A program made the translations under genes and the position numbers. The notes below the pieces were generated by a model, which was given only the letters and a program-made list of their open reading frames with translations, was not told the origin of the DNA and searched no databases. A stretch of 63,717 bases of DNA, filler included, from Nitrospirae bacterium CG2_30_53_67 (GTDB lineage: Bacteria; CG2-30-53-67), in assembly GCA_001873285.1 (NCBI GenBank). It is 6 parts of 6 records of this genome, joined end to end, with 100 filler letters (N's around TTAATTAATTAA, not from the genome) between each part and the next. Parts side by side here need not be neighbours in the genome. Positions count along the whole stretch, not along the records: positions 30,363 to 44,874 come from MNYV01000038.1; positions 44,975 to 55,076 come from MNYV01000057.1; 4 more parts are not named here. One strand, 5' to 3'. Shown piece by piece: positions 39,699 through 50,450 of this stretch. Positions within the stretch are counted from its first letter, which is position 1. Each line of letters starts with the position of its first letter.

Positions 39699-41017
39699 GA
39701 GGGAGTCTCCGTATGTCACGACCTATGCTTGCCGTCCTGTCCTGCCTGATCCTCCTGCATCCGGTCACCTCCGACGCCGGGGAGACCCTGACCCTGGATC
39801 AGGCCCTCGATGCCGCCCTTACCCAGAGCCCCCTGATCGCCTCGAGCCGCAGTGACGTTGAGGCCGCGAGGCAGGGCAGGAGGGCCGCCCAGGGAAGAAG
39901 GCTTCCCCAGGTCAACCTGTATGCCCGGGCCACGAGGTTGAGCGATCCCCAAGCGGTCATCCCCATCAAGAGTTTCGGCGGGGAGCCCCCGGTCTTCAGC
40001 CGAGATCAATACGGAGCAGGCGTGACCTTTCGGATCCCCCTCTATGAAGGCGGGCGGCTAAAAAATCAAGTGACCGTGGCCGGACTTTCCAGGGCCATCT
40101 CCGAATCAGGGCTCAGGCTCACGACCCAGGACCTGATTGCCGATGTGACCAATGTCTTTAACCGTATCCTCTATCTCAACGGATTGATTGCGGCGGAAGA
40201 GGAGACGCTTTCCGCCCTGGAAAAGTCCAGAGATGATGCCGCGGTCAAGCTCAAGGTGGGACGAATTGCGCCGGTGGACCTGATGCGCATGGAGACCCAG
40301 GCGGCCGAACAGAAACAGGCCCTGATCCAGAGCCGCGAAGATGAGAGGCGCTCGAGACAGACCCTGGCCCTGCTTCTGGGGTGGGACCCGTCCCGGGAGC
40401 CCGAGGCCGTGGGCACGCTTTCGCCCCCTGATCCGGGGACCGTTCCAGCCGAAGGCGTCAAGGCGGAAGCAATCATCGAGAACCGTCCGGATGTTCAAAG
40501 GGCGATCCGAGAGGCCAAAAAAGCCGAGGCCGATCTGGAACTTGCAAAAGGACTTCATCTTCCTTCCGTGGACTTGGTCGGAGACTACGGTAAAAGGGCC
40601 GGAAGCAGCGGCGAGGGGGACGAAGAGGTCTGGTCCGGGGGAGTCGCCATGAATCTGAATCTCTTCAGCGGGGGCGCCATTGCAGCGGAAGTCGGGCAGG
40701 CCAAGGCGCGACTTGTCGCCGCCGAGGAAGATCTGCGGCAGACGAGGCTGAACGCCAGTACCGAGGTCATGCATGCCGTATCCAATGTGCGGGAGTCCGG
40801 ACACCGTTTCGAGGTGGCCGCGTCCGCACGAGCCACGGCCGAGGAGACATTCCGGATCGAAGATCTCCGCTACCGAAAGGGAGCAGGCACCGTCACCGAC
40901 AGCCTCCTGGCCCAGGGGGCCTGGCTTGCGGCCCGGGCCAATGAACTCTCCGCCCTTTTTGACATGCAGAAGGCGGCCGTGGACTACCGGCTCGCAGCGG
41001 GAACCATTGATGAATAG
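39695..41017 (+). CDS. TolC-family outer-membrane efflux protein
   Basis: Signal peptide, LTLDQAL...SP, duplicated OEP pattern; precedes MFP and RND genes. Confidence 0.88.
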   Translation: MRGSLRMSRPMLAVLSCLILLHPVTSDAGETLTLDQALDAALTQSPLIASSRSDVEAARQGRRAAQGRRLPQVNLYARATRLSDPQAVIPIKSFGGEPPVFSRDQYGAGVTFRIPLYEGGRLKNQVTVAGLSRAISESGLRLTTQDLIADVTNVFNRILYLNGLIAAEEETLSALEKSRDDAAVKLKVGRIAPVDLMRMETQAAEQKQALIQSREDERRSRQTLALLLGWDPSREPEAVGTLSPPDPGTVPAEGVKAEAIIENRPDVQRAIREAKKAEADLELAKGLHLPSVDLVGDYGKRAGSSGEGDEEVWSGGVAMNLNLFSGGAIAAEVGQAKARLVAAEEDLRQTRLNASTEVMHAVSNVRESGHRFEVAASARATAEETFRIEDLRYRKGAGTVTDSLLAQGAWLAARANELSALFDMQKAAVDYRLAAGTIDE

Positions 41018-41109
41018 TTTTTTTGGCGCCTTTGTGTCGGTAAAGGCTTTTCTCTGTGCGCTCTGTGGTTATATTTTGACAATACTTCGTAATAAAAAAG
41101 GACGGGATC

Positions 41110-42219
41110 ATGAAGAAGAAAATCATCGGGATCGCCGCGGTTCTCCTGCTGATTCTGGCAGGAATCCTCATCATCATGCACAAGAAGTCCCAACTCGCCC
41201 AGGCGCCCACGCCCGTGGAAGTCGTCCCTGCCGTGGAGGCGGCCCAGGCCATGCAGGGGACATTTCCTGAAACCCAACGGTTTCTGGGAACGCTGTCGGC
41301 AAAGAATTCCACGGACCTCGCCCCCAGGGTGACGGGCCATCTCGTAGAGGTGCGGGTGCGGGAGGGTGCAACGGTTCAAAAAGGAGACCTCCTCGCTCTC
41401 TTAGATGACCGGCCCGAGAGGGACAAGGCCGCGGGACTCAGGGCCGATCTCGCTGCAGCCCGAACCGCACTGGCCGCACAGGAGGCGGTCTACCAGCGGG
41501 ACCAGAGCTTGTTCGCGGCCAAGGCCGTCAGTCAGGAGGCCCTGGACCATTCCCTCACGGAGCGGGACGCGGCCCTGGCCCGGATGACCAGTCTGGAAAA
41601 GGCGCTCCATGCCGCGGAGACCGACCTCTCCTATACCCGGATCATCGCCCCTTTTGACGGGGTGGTTACAACACGGCTCGCCGATCCCGGCGGCCTCGCC
41701 GTGCCCGGAAAACCGGTCCTCGCGATGGAAGCGCCGGACCTCGGCTATTTCGTATCGGTCAATGTGCCGCAAGACCTCTTTCCCAAACTCAGGGCCGGAG
41801 GAGAGGCGTTCTTGTCCGGCGGATCCGGAGGGGAGGGGAGCATTCCCTGCCGTGTCAGCCGGGTCCACCCGGCGGTGCGTCAGGGGACCCTGATCATTGT
41901 AGAGATCGACATCAAAACCAGGCCCTTTGACCTCCCGACCGGGGCCACCCTTGACGTGGATCTTGTGACCGGAAGGGACGAAGGGTGGCGGGTACCCACG
42001 GGCGCCCTGCTGGAAAACACGGATGCGGTCTATCTCTATCTGATCAACGACGATGAAACCATCCACATCGAAAAGGTATCGCTCCTTTCCCGGGGGCCGG
42101 AATGGGCCGTGGTCCGCGGCAAGATCCCGGACAAGGCTCGTGTGGTGACGGCACAGGAGAGCGCTCTGCTGAGACTGCACGAGGGGGAGAAGGTACGGGT
42201 CGTGGGAGACGAGATTTAA
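41110..42219 (+). CDS. RND periplasmic adaptor (membrane fusion protein)
   Basis: VREGATVQKGDLL, YTRIIAPFDGVV. Confidence 0.9.
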   Translation: MKKKIIGIAAVLLLILAGILIIMHKKSQLAQAPTPVEVVPAVEAAQAMQGTFPETQRFLGTLSAKNSTDLAPRVTGHLVEVRVREGATVQKGDLLALLDDRPERDKAAGLRADLAAARTALAAQEAVYQRDQSLFAAKAVSQEALDHSLTERDAALARMTSLEKALHAAETDLSYTRIIAPFDGVVTTRLADPGGLAVPGKPVLAMEAPDLGYFVSVNVPQDLFPKLRAGGEAFLSGGSGGEGSIPCRVSRVHPAVRQGTLIIVEIDIKTRPFDLPTGATLDVDLVTGRDEGWRVPTGALLENTDAVYLYLINDDETIHIEKVSLLSRGPEWAVVRGKIPDKARVVTAQESALLRLHEGEKVRVVGDEI

Positions 42220-42256
42220 CGGCTTCGTGAAGCGTCCATCGAAATGAAAACCTTAC

Positions 42257-42498
42257 AGTCATCAACCTCCGGCAAAGCCGGAGGCTTGACGTTTGCCGGC
42301 CCCTCAAAGGGGCCTATTCGCAAACGGTTAAAAACACCCTCCCATCCAGGGAGGGGAGGCCCAATGGCAGTTCCCTCTCCCCTTGTGGGAGAGGGCAAGG
42401 GTGAGGGGTAAAGCATTTCGGTTAACTGCATACTCCCGGAATGGCTAAACTCTAAGAGTCCCCCGGCAGAGCCGGGGGGGTTACCTAAATGCTAATTA
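42257..42498 (-). mobile_element. IS200/IS605-type non-autonomous remnant (no tnpA)
   Basis: Sub-terminal hairpins cctccggcaaagccggagg (42266-42284) and cccccggcagagccggggg (42460-42478); internal ccctctcccc..gggagaggg palindrome. Confidence 0.65.
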
Positions 42499-42510
42499 GA
42501 AGGCGAAATC

Positions 42511-44874
42511 ATGACGGACCCGGAGAATACCAAAAAGAAGAAGAGCTTCATCGAGGCCTATCTCGAACGGCCGCACCTCATCACCTCCATCATCCTGCTG
42601 GCCGTGGCCATGGGATTCATCGGGTTCAAGTCCATGCCTCTCAACCTCTTTCCCGACGCGAACTACCCGGTGATCTCGGTCGTCATCCCCGAACCCGGGG
42701 CCTCGGCCGAGGACGTGGAAGACAAGGTGACCCGGACCGTGGAGAAGGAACTGGCCACCGTGGACCTGGTCCGCAAGGTGCGTTCGGTGAGCCAGGATGA
42801 GATCGCAGCGGTGAGTGTGGAATTCCAATACGAGAAGGGCCTGGACGCCGCGGCCACGGACGTGGCCAATGTCCTTCAGCGTATCGCCTCCAGGCTTCCG
42901 CAGGACATCCTCCCCCCGGAGATCTTTCGGGTAAGCGACGCGACCTCGCCGGTCTTCACCCTGGCCCTGAGCCCCCGTCCGGGCAGCCATCTCGACCTTT
43001 CGAAGGTGCGGCAATTGGCCGACAACGAGATCCGAGAGGACTTCCTCCGGATTCCGGATGTGGCCAACGTCGAGATCTTCGGCGGCTACTTCCCGGAGGT
43101 TACGGTGGAGATCGATCCGAGGAGACTCCATGCCCACGGTCTCTCTCTCGAGGAGGTGCTTCTATCCATCCGCGCCCAGAATCTGAACATCCCCAACGGG
43201 CTCATCATCCGGAGGGGGAGCCAGTTCCTGGTCAAGACCGAGGGGGAGCGGCTCCGCAAGGCCGAGCTCGAAGAGATCGTGGTCGGTCATGAGGCCGGGG
43301 GCGAGGTCCACCTGCGGGACGTGGCCGCGGTCTTGACCTCCTACCAGGAACGGCAGTCCCTCTACCGAGGGAACGGGAGATCTGCGATCGGTCTGAACAT
43401 CATGCGGCCGGAGAAGGGTCATGTCACCACCACCATCGCCGCGGTGGAGAACGCCCTGCCCGAGATTCAGGCAAAATATCCGGAACTCTCCATGGAAACG
43501 GCCGACACCCAGCGGACCATCATCCGTACCAGCGTGTCGAACATGGTCGACGCCCTGCGGGATGCCGTCATCATGACCCTGGCCGTGATCTTCCTGATCC
43601 TCGCCAGCACCCGGATCTCGATCCTCGCGGCCATCTCCATCCCCTTTACCTATTTTCTCACCTTTGCGGCCATGTATCTCTTCGGCTACGAGCTGAACAT
43701 CGTCACCCTGACCGCAGTGATCGTGGCCGTGGGACTCCTCCTGGATGATGCCATTGTGGTGATCGAGAATATCGAGCGGCACTTCCACCAGTTGGGAAAG
43801 CCGATCTACAAGGCCGTGGTGGACGGCCTCAACGAAATCCTCCTGGCCGACTGGGCCGGCACCTTTACCACGGTGATCGTGCTGGTGCCGATCATGTTCA
43901 GCGGCGGCTACGTCCAGAAGATCCTGAGGCAGTTCACGGTGGTCCTCTCCCTCGCCCTCCTTTCCAGCTACATCGTCTCGGTGACGGTGATCCCCCTTCT
44001 GGCCCCTTACCTGGTGCGGGCCTCATCCGAGAAGACCCGGCTGGAACGGGTCACGGCGCTCTTCGGACGTTTCGTGGTGGACCCGATCCGGAATTTTTTC
44101 GCCGGCCTGATCCATACGGCCCTGCGGCACAAAATCCTCTTTATCCTCCCCATCATCGTCCTCTTCGTGGTCAGCATGAAGCAGATACCCCTTGCCGGAC
44201 GGGACCTGATGCCGCCCATGGACACGGGGATCATCAAGATCGCCTTTGAGACTGAATCCGACGCCTCCCTGCCCGCGACCGAGGCGGCCGCGGAAAAGAT
44301 CGAGGCCATTCTGAAAAAGATGCCGGGGATGGAGAATATCTCCACGACCGTGGGATCCGAGATCGGCGTCATCAGCTTCGGTACCGGACGGATCCCGCAG
44401 CAGGGGCTCATGACCGTGCACTTCGTGGATCGCTTTCACCGGGACAAGACCATCTGGCAGTTGGAGGAGGATATCCGTAAACAGGCCGCCGGAATCCCCG
44501 GACTCAAGTCCCTGGACGTCTATGATTTCGGGGCCACGCCCCTCTCCTCGATCAGCGCGCCCGTGGACGTGATGATCTCCGGCCCCGATCCCAAGGTGCT
44601 GGACGCCCTGGCCGATCAGGCGGCGGAGAGGCTCCGGAAGGTTCGGGGCCTGACCACGGTGACGCGCTCCTGGACCCTGGACAAGCGGCAACTCCTCCTG
44701 ACCATCAACGTGGAAAAATCGAGCCGGTACGGCGTAGGTCCCCTGGAGATCAGCCGCCAGCTCACAGAGGCCCTCAAAGGCGGTCCGGCCTCGGTCCTGC
44801 GGGTCCCGGGTGAGGACGGCTACCTGATCCGGGTCCGTTATCCTGAAGGGGCCAGGGACAGTCTTTCCGCGCTA
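42511..44874 (+). CDS. RND efflux permease (AcrB family), 3' truncated by gap
   Basis: LFPDANYP, PGASAEDVE, ISIPF, GLLLDDAIVVIENIERH. Confidence 0.93.
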
Positions 44875-44974
44875 NNNNNNNNNNNNNNNNNNNNNNNNNN
44901 NNNNNNNNNNNNNNNNNNTTAATTAATTAANNNNNNNNNNNNNNNNNNNNNNNNNNNNNNNNNNNNNNNNNNNN

Positions 44975-46182
44975 TCCTCTTTGAACGCCTTCATATAGGA
45001 TCCGGAGAGAGCCCAGTGGTCCCCCAAATTATAGGTGAGACCCAGGCCTAGATGCTGTTCCACAATAGCCGGGAAGACGACATTGTTGAAGACATCCTTT
45101 TCGTCGATCGGGGACTCGGCCCAGTTGTATCCGATACGCAGGGTCAGATCCTTGTTGACCGCATAGCGGGCGCCTAGGGCCACCACAACCTGATTGTCCC
45201 AGCCGAAGGGAAGATCGATACTCTTTGCGTTCGGGTTGACAGCTCCCGAAAGCGTATTCACCGTGGTGAAGTCTCCGGACAGCTCGACCTCGTCATGCGT
45301 AGACTTCCAGTTGATCCACTTGACATCCGCTTCCAGGGTCAGGGCATCCATAGGCTTGATCGCGATCCCGATGGCGGCCTGCTGGGGAAAGTCCATGTCC
45401 AACTTATAGGTGCCGCCGTTGCTGTACGCCAGGTTATCCCCGTCTGGAAAATTATTTACGGAACCGTTGCGGTACTTCATGTCCGGGAACCACTGCTTAG
45501 AAATATAAGAGGCGCCCACGCTCACCATATCGTTGACCTTGTAGATGGCACCCAGGGAGACCCCTCCGCCGTAAACTCCGGTGGCGCGGGGCAGAGCCAA
45601 ACTCGCTGCGTCGAAGATCTCGTAGAACTCCACCTGTTGGTAGTCGAAGTCCAGGCTCACGCCCAGGGCCAGTTGCTCGTTCACCTTCCAGGCAAGAGTA
45701 GGAGCCATCTTCCATAACTGGATGGACGAGTACATGTCGGCATCGCCGAACACGCTGCCGGCATTAATGATATCATAATCCACACCCAGACCGGCCGTGG
45801 CGTACATGCCGCCTCCGAAGAAGACATCGTCACGACCGAAGGCCGGAGCCGTCCACCCGAAGGCGGGGATGCCGTAGAGTTCAGATCCTCCTGATGTCTC
45901 CTCTCCGGGTCCGCCCAATGCTGAATTTAATTTTTTAAAATCCACTGAACGCTCAGGCATAAAGGCCTCTCCATTGAAGTCGGCGCGGTTACCGATTACA
46001 GCCATACCCGCGGGGTTGGTGATGGCGGTCATGGCATCTTCAGGCGCGGCGGTCACGGCGCCCCCCATCCCCTTCTGGGTGGAGCCGATACCCATCAATT
46101 GATAACCATTGGTGGCAAAAGATGTGGCGGTAAAACAAAACAGGAATAAAAAGAGACTTGCGGAAAAAAGGGTTCGTTTCAT
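44975..46182 (-). CDS. OmpP1/FadL-family outer-membrane channel, 3' truncated by gap
   Basis: Signal peptide then TNGYQLMGIG...GMGGA...NPAGM hatch motif; beta-barrel pattern. Confidence 0.88.
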
Positions 46183-46390
46183 GTTCTTCCTCCTCTCTTA
46201 AGGGTTTGAATGATAGAGAAACTTTCCCTCGGAAAACCAGGATCTTTTTTTATCCCGATAATCACCCCCTTTGCTCTCTGTTCCCTCTCCTCCATAAAGC
46301 CGTTTCATCACCTCTTCATGGAGGGAAAAATCATAAAAAATGTTCTTATTTCAAGATGTTGGATAGAATCTTAAACATATACCTTTAAAA

Positions 46391-46419
46391 ATCATAAAAC
46401 AGGTATTTGATTATGTCAA
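46391..46419 (-). promoter_or_regulatory. sigma70 promoter of the FadL-like gene
   Basis: TTGACA-17 nt-TATGAT. Confidence 0.7.
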
Positions 46420-46452
46420 GATTTATTTATATTTTTTTGATGGATTAAAAAG

Positions 46453-47502
46453 CTATGGATTCTGGATCAATTGCAGCAGCGACTTGTAGATCCTGCTTGA
46501 GAAGTTGGGGTCCCGGGCAAGAAAGATACTCCCGGTTCTGTACGGATTGTCCCACAGGTAGAAGCGCATCCTCCAGAACTGGTCGAGGATCCCGACCCGG
46601 ACCTCGCCCTCTTCGATGAAAATCAGGATCTCGATCGGGAACTGTGTCAGATGATAGATGCCGCTGCAGGGGTCCCGGTTAAGAATGGCCGGCCACTTCA
46701 GACCGCTGTAGTTCAATGCCTGATCCTCCGAATTCTTCTGAGTCACCCCGAGGATACAGGCCTGATCTTGGATCATGGTTCGGGAGACCACCCTCCATCC
46801 GGATTCATTTTTTGATGAAGTCTTCACGATCCGGTCACAGACGTCTTTTAAGACAGCGGTAGAATCCTTGCGGATCGGCACGGTCTTGATGATATCCAGA
46901 TGGTCCAGGAACCGGCTCCAAAAGAAACGGACGTCCCGGTCATTACGGATGGGGGGGAGCTGCTGCGTGAGAATAGTCCCTTCCATCCCCTTGACGCAGA
47001 AGGTGACCAAATCTTCTCTCACCTCCCTGGCCAGGCCGATCATCTCGTCCTGTTCCGAAAAAGGAAGGTCTGCAAAAAAAACCTTGGTGAGGAACTCGGG
47101 ATTGGTAAAAACCACCACGACCTTGGACCCTTCTTCATAAACACCGATCCGGACCGGAAGAAAGATCAGGTGACGGGGCCCCTTGGCAAGGACCGCCCGG
47201 TCATAGTCTGCGTTGTGGATGAGATAGACTCTCGCCCGGGTGCGGCAGATATCGGGCGTATCCAGGTCCCAGTTGGATATCAGTTCCCAGTCGGACTGGC
47301 TGATATTGGTCTCTATTCTTGAACAGACGGACTCAAAAGAAGCCTCCACCTCCAAAGCCTTCTGGTAGAGACCGTAGCTCTGCCCCGGATCGAGCCGCTC
47401 TTTGATGTCCCTCCGGAAGTCATCCAGGAAGGCATACAGTGACGTCTGAAAACCAAAAATCAGAATGAACAGGTAAAACCATGACCATTTGAGATGCCTC
47501 AT
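46453..47502 (-). CDS. Exported tandem DUF302-like protein (paralogue 2)
   Basis: Signal peptide; PVRIGVYEEGSKVVVVFTNP; FWRMRFYLWD; aligns by eye with 47711-48760. Confidence 0.6.
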   Translation of the reverse strand: MRHLKWSWFYLFILIFGFQTSLYAFLDDFRRDIKERLDPGQSYGLYQKALEVEASFESVCSRIETNISQSDWELISNWDLDTPDICRTRARVYLIHNADYDRAVLAKGPRHLIFLPVRIGVYEEGSKVVVVFTNPEFLTKVFFADLPFSEQDEMIGLAREVREDLVTFCVKGMEGTILTQQLPPIRNDRDVRFFWSRFLDHLDIIKTVPIRKDSTAVLKDVCDRIVKTSSKNESGWRVVSRTMIQDQACILGVTQKNSEDQALNYSGLKWPAILNRDPCSGIYHLTQFPIEILIFIEEGEVRVGILDQFWRMRFYLWDNPYRTGSIFLARDPNFSSRIYKSLLQLIQNP

Positions 47503-47651
47503 GAACCCCTCCCGAATCATTGACGGCCTCTATCATTTCGTCATGCAATCTACCACAAGCTTCCAAGGTTGACAAGGAACTATTTTGGTCCTGCTTTCCT
47601 TGCTGCAAAAAAAAAATAATCGTGTCTTTGAGTGTTTATGGCTTTCCCCAT

Positions 47652-47686
47652 AAAAAAACCCTGCCGGTTCAATCCCGGCAGGGTTT
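47652..47686 (-). terminator. Intrinsic terminator between the two paralogues
   Basis: aaaccctgccgg...ccggcagggtt plus T run on the minus strand. Confidence 0.8.
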
Positions 47687-47710
47687 GATAAAACTAATGA
47701 ACTGACTCAG

Positions 47711-48760
47711 CTATTTGCCGGACTTCCCGGTCACCATATTCTCAACATCGGAGAAGATGATGGATGGAATCAGGGTGTTCTTTGCAAAGGCCGCATATCC
47801 TGAATCCCAGAAGTAGAGCTGCATTCTCCACATCTCACCGTACTGGGCGATCTGCCACTTTCCGTTCTTCCCTTGATAAATCACGAGTTCCAGGGGAAGG
47901 GCGGGCGCATGATCCACGCCTGGATATTTGTTATTATCTTTCTTGTCGCCGAAACGGAAATCAGAATTGATGTTCACGCATTTGAGTTCCGTGTAGGTAT
48001 TGGTGATCCCCATCCAGCCGATTTTATCGTTGAACTTCTTCACGGCCACGACTTTCCACCCCTTCTCAGGATCGGACTGAAGGCTCTTGCTGGCGTTGTT
48101 CTTCAACTCATCCATGATCGAATCGAGGCTCGCGGTCCCTTCCATCTCTTTTGCAGTCAGGAGGCTCTCTCTGAAGTCTCTCCACTTGGCCATCATCTTG
48201 GCCGGGCCGTCACCGTTATACCCGCGGTACTTACTGGCGCCACGGACCGGTTCCTGCTGTTTGTTCACCACTTTTCCGGGAACGGCCTGAATCACCTGGA
48301 TAAGTTCGTTTTTGGCCGCAGTCGCAGCGGACATCAAGGCATCTCTGCTCTTTTCGCCTTCAAAGTAAACATTGGCCAGGGCATCCGGGTTGGCGATATT
48401 GATGTTGACCTTGCCGTCGCCTTCATAGACCCCGATTCTCATGATCAGAGCTGAAATCGCATCAGAAGACAGGTTGTTGTCCAAGGCAGCCTGATTGAAT
48501 GCAGGAGAGGTCAGAACATAGGTGCGGCACTTCTGGGCGTTGTCCGGAACCGTAATATCCATCTTTCCGATGAGTTCAAGTTTGGAGCCGGCTAAACTCT
48601 TTTCCAGGTCGGCCGTAGCCTCAGCAAAACTCCCATCCGCCTCCAAAACCTTCTGAAAACTGCCGTATTCGTCTTTGGCCATGGCCGAAGAGGCAAGAAA
48701 GACCACCAGGGCTAACACGGCCGAAAAAACCATACCACTCTTCCAAAAAATGTGTCTCAT
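47711..48760 (-). CDS. Exported tandem DUF302-like protein (paralogue 1)
   Basis: Signal peptide (AMA/KDEY); MRIGVYEGDGKVNINIANPDAL; GVDHAPALPLE...MWRMQLYFWD. Confidence 0.65.
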   Translation of the reverse strand: MRHIFWKSGMVFSAVLALVVFLASSAMAKDEYGSFQKVLEADGSFAEATADLEKSLAGSKLELIGKMDITVPDNAQKCRTYVLTSPAFNQAALDNNLSSDAISALIMRIGVYEGDGKVNINIANPDALANVYFEGEKSRDALMSAATAAKNELIQVIQAVPGKVVNKQQEPVRGASKYRGYNGDGPAKMMAKWRDFRESLLTAKEMEGTASLDSIMDELKNNASKSLQSDPEKGWKVVAVKKFNDKIGWMGITNTYTELKCVNINSDFRFGDKKDNNKYPGVDHAPALPLELVIYQGKNGKWQIAQYGEMWRMQLYFWDSGYAAFAKNTLIPSIIFSDVENMVTGKSGK

Positions 48761-48915
48761 AAGTTTCCCTCCCTATAAAGTTTTTATGAATACCAAAAAT
48801 AACCCACTCATTTCCCTCCTACTGCTCATACTCATTGCTTTATGACTCCCCCCTTTCTTTAATAATTTGAGTGAGAGTTCCTTGATTCCAAAAGGATTGA
48901 ACTTCTTTCAGTTGT

Positions 48916-49010
48916 TAATTCTAATATTAGAATAAACTCATAAATACTTAATTTTATTATTTTTTTACGAAAGTATGAAGTAACATACCCAAACCTGAAG
49001 CGGCTGTCAA
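48916..49010 (-). promoter_or_regulatory. Promoter with two palindromic operator candidates
   Basis: TTGACA-17 nt-TATGTT; gtatg-N6-catac over the -10; perfect palindrome attctaatattagaat downstream of the -10. Confidence 0.6.
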
Positions 49011-49025
49011 GACTTTTTTCGGAAC

Positions 49026-50423
49026 TTATTTTTCTTTTGGAAGATGAATGGAAACCCCATGAACGGCGTGAGCCGCCTCCATCACGGCCTCAGAGAGGGT
49101 GGGATGGGAATGAATCGTCTCCCCGAGGTCATGCACCGTCCCTCCCATCTTCATCAATACCGCTCCTTCATGGACCAGATCCGATGCGTGTGCGCCCATG
49201 ATATGCATGCCGAGGAGCCGGTCGGTCTTGGCATCGGCGATGATCTTGGCCATCCCGGTGATCTTTCCCATGGCATGGGACTTGCCGAGCCCTCGGAAAG
49301 GAAAGCTCCCTATCCGGACTTCATATCCCTGTTCCCTTGCCTGCTGCTCGGTCAGTCCCACCATGCCGATCTCCGGCATGGTGAATATGGCCGAAGGAAC
49401 CACGGTATAATCCATGACCCGATCCCCGCCCATGGCATTTTCCACGGCGGTCATCCCTTCTGCAGAGGCTACATGCGCCAGCATGATCCCGCCGACCACA
49501 TCACCGATGGCATAGATCCCAGGGATATTGGTCTGCATCCGTTCATTGACTTTGATCTCCCCTCTGGGGCCTCGGTCAATACCCACGCCTTCAAGGTTCA
49601 ATCCCTCGGTATTGAATGCCCGTCCTATGGAAACCAGGACCTGATCCGAGACCAGCTCTTCCCCGTTCCCCAAGCTGGCGACCATCTTTCCGCCGGCCCT
49701 CTCTTTCACGGATTGGATCTTCTGATTACAGTGGAGTTTGATCTTGTTCTTTTTCAACTCCCTTTCCAGGAGCATGGAAATCTCCTCATCGGCAAGGGAG
49801 ACGGCATGGGGCAGCATCTCCACCATGGTCACCTCGGCCCCCATGGCGTTCAGAATAAAGGCGAACTCACAGCCGATCACACCGGCCCCGATAATGAGCA
49901 GGGTTTCCGGGACTTTCTTGAGCAGCAGGGCCTCATCGCTTGAGATGATCTTTCCACCGTCAAAGGGGAAGACGGGGATATCGGCCGGACGCGAGCCTGT
50001 GGCCAGAATGATGCAGTCGGCGGAGACCTTCTCTTCATTCCCGTCATGGAGTTTGACCCGCACGGTCTTTCGGTCCTCAAGAGAGCCTTTCCCCTCTAAC
50101 AGCCGGATCTTGCTGCTCTTGAAGAGCGAGCGGATCCCCTTGACCTGCGTGGCCACGATCTTGTTCTTCCGGTCCATGATGGCCTGAAGGTTGAAGGTGA
50201 CCTCCCCGCTGACCTCTATACCATAATCCTCGGCATGGCGGACCAAAGAGAGGGCCTCGGCCGAATAGACCAGGGCCTTGGTCGGGATGCATCCCCAGTT
50301 CAGGCAGGTCCCTCCGACCTCCTGATCTTCCACAACCGTTACTTCCGCTCCAAGCTGCGCGGCCCGGATGGCGGCCACATACCCGCCCGGCCCGGCGCCG
50401 ATCATCACGATTCGTTTAGACAT
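49026..50423 (-). CDS. lpdA: Dihydrolipoyl dehydrogenase
   Basis: GAGPGGYVAA, GGTCLNWGCIP, HPTLSE. Confidence 0.96.
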   Translation of the reverse strand: MSKRIVMIGAGPGGYVAAIRAAQLGAEVTVVEDQEVGGTCLNWGCIPTKALVYSAEALSLVRHAEDYGIEVSGEVTFNLQAIMDRKNKIVATQVKGIRSLFKSSKIRLLEGKGSLEDRKTVRVKLHDGNEEKVSADCIILATGSRPADIPVFPFDGGKIISSDEALLLKKVPETLLIIGAGVIGCEFAFILNAMGAEVTMVEMLPHAVSLADEEISMLLERELKKNKIKLHCNQKIQSVKERAGGKMVASLGNGEELVSDQVLVSIGRAFNTEGLNLEGVGIDRGPRGEIKVNERMQTNIPGIYAIGDVVGGIMLAHVASAEGMTAVENAMGGDRVMDYTVVPSAIFTMPEIGMVGLTEQQAREQGYEVRIGSFPFRGLGKSHAMGKITGMAKIIADAKTDRLLGMHIMGAHASDLVHEGAVLMKMGGTVHDLGETIHSHPTLSEAVMEAAHAVHGVSIHLPKEK

Positions 50424-50450
50424 TCAGTTCCCTCTTGCGTTATCTTTTTA

